A DNA stretch of 51,723 nucleotides, counting the filler, from Stramenopiles sp. TOSAG23-2 (taxonomy: Eukaryota): NCBI GenBank assembly GCA_900128395.1. It is 3 parts of 3 records of this genome, joined end to end, with 100 filler letters (N's around TTAATTAATTAA, not from the genome) between each part and the next. Parts side by side here need not be neighbours in the genome. Positions count along the whole stretch, not along the records: positions 34,564 to 51,723 come from LT649658.1; 2 more parts are not named here. One strand, written 5' to 3'. This document shows positions 42,673 to 51,723 of this stretch, in pieces (within the stretch, counting starts at the first letter, position 1; every line of letters starts with the position of its first letter). A program made the translations under genes and the position numbers. The notes beneath the pieces were generated by a model. The model was not told the origin of the DNA. It saw nothing but the letters and a program-made list of their open reading frames with translations, and did not search any database.

Positions 42673-43016
42673 AGTGGTGCTTTCAAAGCCTAGAATTCTC
42701 TCTGCTAGAATCAGAGAGAATGGAAAATGGAAAGCCTTCATTATTTAAGGTAAAATAGTAGTTATAATATTTACAAGTGTACCAGTATACTAATGAGTAT
42801 AAAAATGAAGAGAAATTTAAAAAAAGTAAAAAAAAAGTGAAAAGTAATTCTATCTAGTAAAAATGAATGAATGAAGAGACCAAAATATTCATCGTTACAG
42901 TCTATATAGAAGGTAGAGAGAGGTAATTCCATTTGTATTCATATATATATATCTATATATATATACTTGTCTATATATCACGAGTAAAAAAAGAAAATTA
43001 TAAATCGTATATAGCA

Positions 43017-43101
43017 ATGGGTTGGTTTACTACTGGTGCATTTTTTGGATTAGGTATCCAATTATATTCAAACACCGTTAGGCGGTTGCCATTAATGAGA
43101 C
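43017..43101 (+). CDS. First exon of a mitochondrial complex I B14.5b/NDUFC2-like subunit (rest lost at the palindrome centre)
   Basis: Not in the ORF track. Translates as MGWFTTGAFFGLGIQLYSNTVRRLPLMR, then C followed by a GTAAGT donor at 43102. It resembles the plant-type B14.5b N-terminus as I recall it (GA..GLG.Q.YSN..R.LP.MRHPW). Confidence 0.75.
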
Positions 43102-43185
43102 GTAAGTAGAAAGATAATAATATACATATTATATTTATATATATATATATAAATATAATATGTATATTATTATCTTTCTACTTAC

Positions 43186-43270
43186 GTCTCATTAATGGCA
43201 ACCGCCTAACGGTGTTTGAATATAATTGGATACCTAATCCAAAAAATGCACCAGTAGTAAACCAACCCAT
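43186..43270 (-). CDS. Mirror copy of the B14.5b/NDUFC2-like exon 1
   Basis: Reverse complement of 43017-43101. Confidence 0.7.
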
Positions 43271-43933
43271 TGCTATATACGATTTATAATTTTCTTTTTT
43301 TACTCGTGATATATAGACAAGTATATATATATAGATATATATATATGAATACAAATGGAATTACCTCTCTCTACCTTCTATATAGACTGTAACGATGAAT
43401 ATTTTGGTCTCTTCATTCATTCATTTTTACTAGATAGAATTACTTTTCACTTTTTTTTTACTTTTTTTAAATTTCTCTTCATTTTTATACTCATTAGTAT
43501 ACTGGTACACTTGTAAATATTATAACTACTATTTTACCTTAAATAATGAAGGCTTTCCATTTTCCATTCTCTCTGATTCTAGCAGAGAGAATTCTAGGCT
43601 TTGAAAGCACCACTATCCTAACCCTAATCCTAACCCTACATTCGATGAAAAAGAAAAACCTTAAATACGTGGGTTCCCTCCGCCACACATCTGTATATCT
43701 GTATCGAAAATAATAATAATTTTTAGCTATTATGGTGCTATGATGCCAGAATAATATGTACTGTAAGAATAATGATGTGTGTGGCACATATATCGATATA
43801 TACGTATAATATATATAAATAATAAAGACGAGAGTGCAAGAGAGGGGTTGGTCACACACTTAGACGTTTTGTATAATATAGACAATACACACATTATATA
43901 TATAGTAACAAGAAGAAGAAACAAACCAATCAA

Positions 43934-45613
43934 ATGCCGATACGACGTAATAATTCCATCATGAAATATATTATATATCTAATAGCAATGATATGTTTAT
44001 TTACTTCCTCGCCACCTTCCACCGATAATAATAATAATGGTGTATCATTCTTTATAAATAGTCGTTTCATAAGTTTACCTAGTTTAATTACCTATGCAAA
44101 TGGAAAATTTGTACATGATGTTGGTGGTGATTTTGATCCAGATGAATTCGATGGAGTTGATAGTTTGGATGGAGATGGTGAAAATGATTATGGATTTGAT
44201 GAAGATGACGAAGAAGACGAGGAAGAAGAGGAGGAAGAAGAAGAGGAAGAAGAAAGAAATACAAGAAAAAATAATAAAGCTGATAAGGATCATGATGATG
44301 ATGACGAGGATGATGAGTTTGATGATGAAGATTGGGAAGACGATGATCATAATAATGATGATGATTATGATGATGATACGGTTGTAGTTGAAAATGATGA
44401 AGAGGATGAATTTAGTGATTTTGATCGTGCAGAAGCAGCTGCTGCCGCTGCAAAACGAAAAAATAGGAACAAAAATAAAAAAAGATCATCTAGCAGCGGT
44501 ACAAAAAAAAAAACAAGGCGTAGCAATAGGAAAGGAAAATCTTCTTCCTCCTCCTCCTCCTCCAAAGCAAATAATGCAAATGTTCGTAAAATTAGAAGAC
44601 GAATACAAACGAATTTTACATTGGAAATCTTTGGCGTTGTTTTGATTGTAATGTATGGATTTGTCTATTTCTATGGTTCCGCAGTGAATTCAAGAAAAGC
44701 TTTGACATGGATTAAAAAATTTCGTTCCATATATACTGAACAATTTGTTGAAATTGGGAATGCAACAAATACTAATGAAACTACAAGTAATCCAAGTGAA
44801 TTATTATTAAAAGAATCACAAGCATCCTTTTACTTGTTTGCATCAGGACGTGTAAATTGCCGTGGTGTAACGACTGAATTACAATTACGCCCACGACAAG
44901 ATTTATTATCATCTTTATTGGAATTTTTAAATCCAATTGATGATTATTTAAAATTGGAAGTCTGCGTCGATACAGATTCCATGGATCCATTTATATTTGC
45001 AATATTACCAAAAAAAGGTGCAAAAGATATCATCAAAGATACACTTGATTTGAAAGATTACAGCCCAAAAGAACGTAAAATCGATAGTTTACCAAAATCA
45101 TTAGCATGTTATAGTGATAATGGCGAAGTGCAAAATGTTTTATTAAATCAAGCTGCTATTGAAATTATAAAGAAACATGAAAAATGTTTTCATTCAATGC
45201 ATTTCACGGATAAATATTCAGTACCACCATTAGGTATGATCAAGCCATCACGACAAATTTTATCATTTAAATTTAAAATCTTAAGTGATGCGAAAGATCC
45301 AAATATGGAATCATTGAAACAATTAGTAAAATTTGCATTTCGTTTTATTGATTTAGTTGTAGAAAAAACCAGATTATCCACCAAAGCAAAAGCAAAAGCA
45401 GAGAAAGCAAGAGCAATGGTAAAGAAAAAGAAATTGACAAAGTCAAAAGAAGAACGCGAGGAAGCATTTCAAAAGCGACGGGATGAGAAATTCAAAGCAC
45501 AACAAGAAAGATATAAAAGAATGTCAGCAAAAGAACAAGAAAAATTTGATGAAAAACAACGTAAAAAAGATATTAAAAAAGCGATGCGTTCAAGAACAAA
45601 AATGGTTCGGTAA
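43934..45613 (+). CDS. CCDC47: Mirror copy of the CCDC47 homologue
   Basis: Translation identical to 40674-42353. Confidence 0.88.
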   Translation: MPIRRNNSIMKYIIYLIAMICLFTSSPPSTDNNNNGVSFFINSRFISLPSLITYANGKFVHDVGGDFDPDEFDGVDSLDGDGENDYGFDEDDEEDEEEEEEEEEEEERNTRKNNKADKDHDDDDEDDEFDDEDWEDDDHNNDDDYDDDTVVVENDEEDEFSDFDRAEAAAAAAKRKNRNKNKKRSSSSGTKKKTRRSNRKGKSSSSSSSSKANNANVRKIRRRIQTNFTLEIFGVVLIVMYGFVYFYGSAVNSRKALTWIKKFRSIYTEQFVEIGNATNTNETTSNPSELLLKESQASFYLFASGRVNCRGVTTELQLRPRQDLLSSLLEFLNPIDDYLKLEVCVDTDSMDPFIFAILPKKGAKDIIKDTLDLKDYSPKERKIDSLPKSLACYSDNGEVQNVLLNQAAIEIIKKHEKCFHSMHFTDKYSVPPLGMIKPSRQILSFKFKILSDAKDPNMESLKQLVKFAFRFIDLVVEKTRLSTKAKAKAEKARAMVKKKKLTKSKEEREEAFQKRRDEKFKAQQERYKRMSAKEQEKFDEKQRKKDIKKAMRSRTKMVR

Positions 45614-45992
45614 ATAATTTTTTATATGCTGGAGCTGTGTGTGATACGAATAAAAAGTTACATCATATGAAGATAACAAGTTGGCATGTTTATAAAGATG
45701 AGCAGATTGGATGTGTGGATGGGTGCGTTATGTAGAATAAAAAAAAATTTAAAATTTGTGTCAGTGTGTGTGTCATTAATGTTTTTAATCCATAGATTAA
45801 TTTTATTACTCTCTCGTATATATTATTATTCTACGAATATTATTTTTATTAAATTTTATTATAATAAATATATGCGTAGATATAAACCTTGTGTAAAAGA
45901 ATATATTTAATAAAATTAAATAATACATTATAATATATATTATACTGTTCGATATTTCCTTTTTATCTTTTTTCAATTTATTAAATATATAC

Positions 45993-46232
45993 TCAATCTG
46001 TTTTATCCTTTTCTACTAGGTATCTTTCAATAACCCCAGATACAATAGAAGACAAGGCTGCACATAATGCAATAGAACTACAAAGCAAAAACGTTTCTTT
46101 TCGGTCTGGCAGAATTATATTATCAATATTCAAATCACCATTTGATTTTCCTATATTAAAATGAAACAATGCTTCTATAAAGAAAAAAAAACACGTTACT
46201 GCAAATTGTATGAATATAATATACCATTTCAT
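45993..46232 (-). CDS. Mirror copy of the small two-TM protein
   Basis: Translation identical to 40055-40294. Confidence 0.62.
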   Translation of the reverse strand: MKWYIIFIQFAVTCFFFFIEALFHFNIGKSNGDLNIDNIILPDRKETFLLCSSIALCAALSSIVSGVIERYLVEKDKTD

Positions 46233-46651
46233 ATTTCTACCGTAAATTAAAAAACCGTTTTTCCTATAATTCCTTTAAGAGAGGGATATATATATGTTAC
46301 AGTACAGACGTATAGTGCATGTGTTTGTATTTTCTTTTGTTTCTTTTTTTATAGATCTCTATGTGGAATATTGTACAGTATGTATTGTGCTATTATTTGT
46401 TTTTGTTGTTTATTCGGGGTAAGGTGTACGAGATTTAAGCTGTACATGTACTTGTTAGTGTATCAAACATATAAAGCCGTCTTTTTCCGAATTTTTTATT
46501 TTTATACTACGTATATATAGAATATAGTATATAAAAAAATAATTTAAAAAAAATATATACAATAAAGTTTGTTTGTAGAATTCATGTGTGGTGTTAGTAT
46601 GTAATAAGTTATAAAGTTCTTCTCCGTAATGCATATCATACATTTTTTTTT

Positions 46652-47713
46652 CTAATCTATTGACAACCCTTCTTCTTTTACTTTCTTTTCAAAAGCTGCA
46701 ACTAATTTTTTAAATTCTTTAAATGTAATTCGTTCATGGTCTAAATCAATGGCAACAGCACGAAATGCTTTTCGTAATTCATCTTTGTCTACACTCAAAC
46801 CAACACCGCGTACAGCTACTTGTAATTCTTCAAAACTTATATCACCACTATTGTCTACATCTATTTCATTAAAAACTTTTTTTAAACTATGATCATCATC
46901 AATAAATAACAAAGGTAACATTCCTAATATACAACCTACAGCAATACCAATTGCACTTGATATCAATGTAGTACGTTTTACTGCGGAGGTTTTTAATTGC
47001 TCCGTTGTTAACATTGGATCGGGCAAACCTAATTTTGCTGAAACCATTTCAATAAATCCACCAGCTTTAATACCTGCTACATCTGATACTGTATTACCTA
47101 ATGCAGCAGCTGCCATTGCACTGATACCAAATGCAGAAAATGCTGCATCAATTTGACTGCCCGCTGTTATCATGACAGCATTATCAAGGAAACCAAATCC
47201 TACAAAGGGTATAGCAGACATAACTGCTAATTTTTTCAATTGATCTTTTGTCACTTCTTTGCTAACATTTGCTGTCGTCGATGCTGCTGCTGCATTCCCT
47301 GCTTCACTTGCCTCCGCTACTTTGTATTGATTCACAGCTGCACGTTTCATATTTTGTGTTAACCAATGTTCAAATTCTTGTTTATCCAACACACCATCTT
47401 GGCTTTTATCAGCCTTGATAAATTCACTAGAAATTGTTTTCTGTGGTAAATTAGCCAAAATTGGTTTTAACATATCAGCTCTTACTGATTCTGGGACTTG
47501 TGACCACACACGTTCAAACATTTTAGGTTCCTTTTGTACTCTTTGTAAAAATGATTCTAATATTGCTTCATTCGATGTATCTTCTGCGCTACTAAAAAAC
47601 CGTTGTCTGAAACTATTTCCATGATTATGATTGAAATATTTATTATATCTCAAAACATTATTATTATGAATAATATAATTTTTATTTGTTATTAATGATG
47701 CAACACGTCTCAT
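46652..47713 (-). CDS. TMEM65: Mirror copy of the TMEM65-EF-hand protein
   Basis: Translation identical to 38574-39635. Confidence 0.88.
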   Translation of the reverse strand: MRRVASLITNKNYIIHNNNVLRYNKYFNHNHGNSFRQRFFSSAEDTSNEAILESFLQRVQKEPKMFERVWSQVPESVRADMLKPILANLPQKTISSEFIKADKSQDGVLDKQEFEHWLTQNMKRAAVNQYKVAEASEAGNAAAASTTANVSKEVTKDQLKKLAVMSAIPFVGFGFLDNAVMITAGSQIDAAFSAFGISAMAAAALGNTVSDVAGIKAGGFIEMVSAKLGLPDPMLTTEQLKTSAVKRTTLISSAIGIAVGCILGMLPLLFIDDDHSLKKVFNEIDVDNSGDISFEELQVAVRGVGLSVDKDELRKAFRAVAIDLDHERITFKEFKKLVAAFEKKVKEEGLSID

Positions 47714-48219
47714 ATTTAAAAAAAATAATATATATATTATATGATGTATATTTGTGTGTGTGTGTATATATATAACGTTAACAATTTATTTGTAATACCT
47801 ATTAAATTCTTATAATATATATTGTTTAAGATATTATTATATTGTTTTACAACATGTTGTGGTGGTATATTTGTATTATATATGTATTCGACTGACATGC
47901 GTCTGATATAATACATGTAATAATAACTGCCACAATTGATGATGTAAATGAATGATGAAAAAATTATATTATAATAATTATTGCCGGATTGATGAAAAAA
48001 TGAAGTGATATATAGAAGAGAAGAAATCTACACGAAGGTTTTATAAATTAAAAATACGAGAAGTATAAGAACAAAAAATGAAATGTGTTAGAAAAGAAAA
48101 GAAGGTTTAAACACATTACAGAGGTAATTTATATAGATTTTATTTTTAATATTTCCCCACAGTAATTTAACATCTTACACAAACATACTCGCACACATTT
48201 TTTTTCTCATTCAAGCATG

Positions 48220-49032
48220 TTATTTTGCATGTTGCAATTGTATTGCTGCAGCTGATCCAGCAACAGCTAAAAACATAACAAATACACATAAAATTCCTAA
48301 GCTGGAAACAAAACATGAAAAGGCACTCATATTTCCACCAGCAATTGTTGTACCTGTCCATGGACAAAAATGATCATAATCATAGACAATAACTTGGGAT
48401 TCTTGGCAATACGTTGCACCAGGTGGGACATACGATTGTGCTGAATCATTCCATCTCCACCGTTCTTCTCCTTCAGGTACAGTGGTTACGCGTGGAAGTA
48501 TACCTGGATTACCGCAAGCAGTTTTCGTCAATGCAATGACAACAATTCCTAATAATAATAGTCCACCAACTGAAAATATCCATGGTAATGTTGGTAAATA
48601 TGATATGTAAACTGTACTAGATATACCGATGATCAATGAATATGTGCAAAGCAGCATTGGCCAACATGGACCAACTGTCCATTTTAAATCTTTTGGTCGT
48701 AATGTCATGTTTCCTCTATTATTATTCGTTACCAATTTACCCTCACCATTTTTTACACAACATACGTATAATTTACCAACTCGTACTAAATTACCTGGCA
48801 TATTTGGAATACATGCAAGTTCTTCCGTTAATGGATGTTGTGGATAATTATAATCATCTTCTTCGTTAATCAATAATTGATCGGTTTCCTTTGAATTTTT
48901 TGGCGGTGGTAAATCATCTATATCGATAACTTCTTCGCCTATTGAATCTTTTGGCGGTGGTAAATCATCTATATCGATAACTTCTTCGCCTATTGAATCT
49001 AAATCTCCACCTGTTCCTCTAACTAATGACAT
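48220..49032 (-). CDS. Mirror copy of the DHHC-like (DHFC) protein
   Basis: Translation identical to 37255-38067. Confidence 0.83.
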   Translation of the reverse strand: MSLVRGTGGDLDSIGEEVIDIDDLPPPKDSIGEEVIDIDDLPPPKNSKETDQLLINEEDDYNYPQHPLTEELACIPNMPGNLVRVGKLYVCCVKNGEGKLVTNNNRGNMTLRPKDLKWTVGPCWPMLLCTYSLIIGISSTVYISYLPTLPWIFSVGGLLLLGIVVIALTKTACGNPGILPRVTTVPEGEERWRWNDSAQSYVPPGATYCQESQVIVYDYDHFCPWTGTTIAGGNMSAFSCFVSSLGILCVFVMFLAVAGSAAAIQLQHAK

Positions 49033-49927
49033 GGTTGGTGGCGGTTAGTGCTGGTGGGATGGGATGGTGATGGTGGTGGTGGTGGTTGCGTTGGTAGAAT
49101 GGTAGATAGATAAAATTGTTTTGGATTTGTATGGATGAATGGATTCATGTTTTTGGGAAATTTATTTTATTTATTTGGATGCTATATCTGATGTATGGTG
49201 CTATGAGTTTTATTGTAGCTACTGTATCCACAGTCCACAGTGGATATCAGGCCTTCCAGCCTATCTGGCTATACCAGCCTAGCTGCTACCTGGCTGGGCT
49301 GGCCTACCAGGTACATAAGTTCTATGTGGAGAAGAGCGACGAAGATTTGCCATTTTTTTGGTTATAAATACAAAAAACCTGCTATTCATATGCTATAATT
49401 AACCATAACACCAAGCTATTACTATAATAAATTTGAGGGATGCAACAAAGTACTTGTTAGAAATATTAAACAAACCTACACTTGTGGCATTACTTAATAA
49501 TTCACTATTGTCTAGAGATATGTCTGGTGATAATCTTCTGTATATGTGTTACTGCTTTTAATCCCCAACCAGCTGATTTTGCCAGTTTGCAAACGATGAT
49601 TTTTCTTTTTGCAACTTTACCACAATACCATCTTTTAAGTTATAATGATAGTTAGTAACATACTTGAATCTAAAATTCTTATCATGTGTTTTGCATAAAA
49701 GTGCTTTAGGCATCTTTATATGATTGTTATGCTAAAGAAAAGGTATATATGTTAATTTGAGTTTTGTCTAACTACATTGGTCCACATTCAAATTGCATAT
49801 TCTAAAAAACAATGTTTTACAAAAAGGGGGTGGATGCTTCAAGATTGTATCTTTTAACACTTGCTTGTAACTTCCTTACTACTAATATGATATATCAAAT
49901 TTCTGTTTATACACTTTATGTTTTATA

Positions 49928-50281
49928 ATGTGTACAAGGTACACTGGCCAGTTAAATCTTATACCAGCTGGGATACAATTACAATGTGATTTACTAATAA
50001 AATTATTAGCAGAAGGTAAAAAAGAACCAATTCGTCCAGGAACTGCTGCTCAACAACCTGCTCGATGTCCTCCATCAGCACCACTGCGTAATAGTGATAT
50101 AAATGTAACATGGAAACATAACATTGATCCTGGACAAAGTCATCTGAAATCCTTGTCTGTTCTAGATGATTATACCTTTGACATTCAGGTAACTTGTAAA
50201 TGTGGTGTTGGTGATGATCAAACATCATCACTCTTTAACATTAACATGGACACAGCAGTATTAGACAAATACCAAGTGTGA
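49928..50281 (+). CDS. Mirror copy of the possible 117-aa ORF
   Basis: Translation identical to 36006-36359. Confidence 0.3.
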   Translation: MCTRYTGQLNLIPAGIQLQCDLLIKLLAEGKKEPIRPGTAAQQPARCPPSAPLRNSDINVTWKHNIDPGQSHLKSLSVLDDYTFDIQVTCKCGVGDDQTSSLFNINMDTAVLDKYQV

Positions 50282-50491
50282 CGATTTACCTTAAAATATT
50301 CCCCAAAATAACACTACACATAAGCTCTCCTGAGCATTGTGTGTTAAATTCATCAATAAAATAAATTTAAAAAAAAAAAATTATACTATTTAAATAATAA
50401 ACAACGAAGTGTGTGTGTAGTGTGGTAGTTTTTAATTTGTTTTTAAATTGTTCGACACCATTTCCACCCCCCGTCTTTCCTTGTCTTATAT

Positions 50492-51718
50492 TTATTTTTG
50501 TTTTTTACTCGCCCTACCACCATTATTATTGTCCGTAAATGTACTTCTTTTTTTACTAATACCATTTCTTTTTTGTCCGTTCGTGGAGGAAGTACGAGAA
50601 ATAATACCATTATCATCACCTTTTTCTACCTCAATAATTGCAGTGTTAATTCCTGTATCCCATACAATTTCTAATTGCAATTCTTGTTGACAAAATCCAT
50701 TATCAATTACAGATATTTTTATATTTATTTCATCGAAAATACATAAGCTTTTATTTGAATCAACCTGATTTATTAATGCCATTTTCTGTTCATCATAAGT
50801 ATATTTTCCTATATTACTAATACTGTTATTACTTTTCTTCTTTTTTTTCTTCTTGTTTTTTTTTTCATCTTCTACAATATCAATAACACCTTCGATACCA
50901 TACTTTGGTACCAATACAACAATAGATGTCTCTCTAACTTTCAAGATAGATGCATTTGTAATTGTTGGACGATCATTGAAATAGATTATAGTATGAAGTG
51001 CAACGGAAGATCGACCAGCTAATTGTGCCATATGATGTCGTTTATTCATATTATCACATAATTTCCTTACATGAGATCTACTTTCATATGCCGTTGGAAG
51101 GGCTTCAATTCCAATAGAAGCAGCAAGTAAACGATGGACAAGGACATCGGCGTATCTACGAATGGGGGAAGTAAAATGCGTATACAATTCAGCTGCTAAA
51201 CCATAATGTTTAAATTCTTTTATTGAATATTCACCAGACGAAAAATAAACAGCTTGTGACATACATCGCGTTGTCATGATTCTTATTAATTTATTGAAAA
51301 ATGGTTTTTCTGGCAAAATTGCATTATCTAATGATTCAGCAAGTGCTTTTGATGTATTTACTTTGATATCTATATCAACCAAACTAGCTGCTTGTACTAA
51401 ATTTATAAAATTCTTAACATTTGGTTCTGGATGCCGCCTTAATACAGCAAAACGTGGGTATGCTTGGACTATTTTACTTGCAACAGATACATTTGCTAAA
51501 AGCATAAATTCTTCTACTAATGCATTTGTATCTTTTAATTCATATAATTTCACGTCTGTTGGATCTTGCGTAACACTATCCAAATTAAATCGAACTTCCG
51601 GCGATGCTAACGTCAACGCACCTTTATCCATTCGTATTTTACGTTGAAATTTTGCTATTTTATTCAAAGCACGTACAGATTCAGCAATTGGATTTGATAT
51701 GGTTAAATCGTCCAACAT
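50492..51718 (-). CDS. DIS3: Mirror copy of the DIS3/RRP44 C-terminal fragment
   Basis: Translation identical to 34569-35795. Confidence 0.93.
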   Translation of the reverse strand: MLDDLTISNPIAESVRALNKIAKFQRKIRMDKGALTLASPEVRFNLDSVTQDPTDVKLYELKDTNALVEEFMLLANVSVASKIVQAYPRFAVLRRHPEPNVKNFINLVQAASLVDIDIKVNTSKALAESLDNAILPEKPFFNKLIRIMTTRCMSQAVYFSSGEYSIKEFKHYGLAAELYTHFTSPIRRYADVLVHRLLAASIGIEALPTAYESRSHVRKLCDNMNKRHHMAQLAGRSSVALHTIIYFNDRPTITNASILKVRETSIVVLVPKYGIEGVIDIVEDEKKNKKKKKKKSNNSISNIGKYTYDEQKMALINQVDSNKSLCIFDEINIKISVIDNGFCQQELQLEIVWDTGINTAIIEVEKGDDNGIISRTSSTNGQKRNGISKKRSTFTDNNNGGRASKKQK

Positions 51719-51723
51719 AACTT

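Larger units (their letters stand above)
34564..51723. repeat. Whole-contig palindrome: 8580-bp arms, centre between 43143 and 43144
   Basis: Every ORF is mirrored, with coordinates summing to 86287. There is no spacer and the centre lies in an (AT)n tract. Confidence 0.99.

Noticed and set aside
42354-42748. Short ORFs upstream of CCDC47 (67-106 aa)
   Set aside because: Ile/Tyr-rich translations typical of AT-rich intergenic DNA, with non-ATG starts.
34564-51723. Palindrome as a linear plasmid, rDNA-type palindrome or true gene duplication
   Set aside because: It contains ordinary nuclear genes truncated at the centre and at both ends, with no telomeres or replication genes; an artefact is more parsimonious.

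Overview
AT-rich, gene-dense, nearly intron-free eukaryotic DNA. The gene content suggests a heterotrophic protist, probably a stramenopile (inference). The window is three contigs of decreasing size (1-17197, 17298-34463, 34564-51723) joined by artificial 100-nt linkers (44 N + TTAATTAATTAA + 44 N), so nothing across a linker is real synteny. Contig 1 has a degenerate UvrD-like/AddB-type Fe-S PD-(D/E)XK nuclease, a DUF2828/vWA (TROVE/Ro60-like) gene, a serine carboxypeptidase, a two-domain glycosyltransferase, an EF-hand protein and a sterol delta-7 reductase. Contig 2 has an M20 peptidase, a long coiled-coil protein, a GRK and a CK1, and is bounded by inverted paralogues of an LRR gene. Contig 3 is one 17.16-kb palindrome (DIS3 fragment, DHHC-like, TMEM65-EF-hand, CCDC47). 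It is centred on an (AT)n tract inside the first intron of an unannotated complex I B14.5b/NDUFC2-like gene and is most likely an amplification or assembly fold-back. Best candidate for a new system: a putative ~170-nt non-coding RNA (6661-6829) transcribed divergently from the DUF2828/vWA gene. It has a TATA box at about -31, two tandem stem-loops that each open with ACWGCAA, and a T6 terminator, resembling a Ro60/Y-RNA-type protein-RNA pair. All family calls come from motif recognition by eye; no searches were run.
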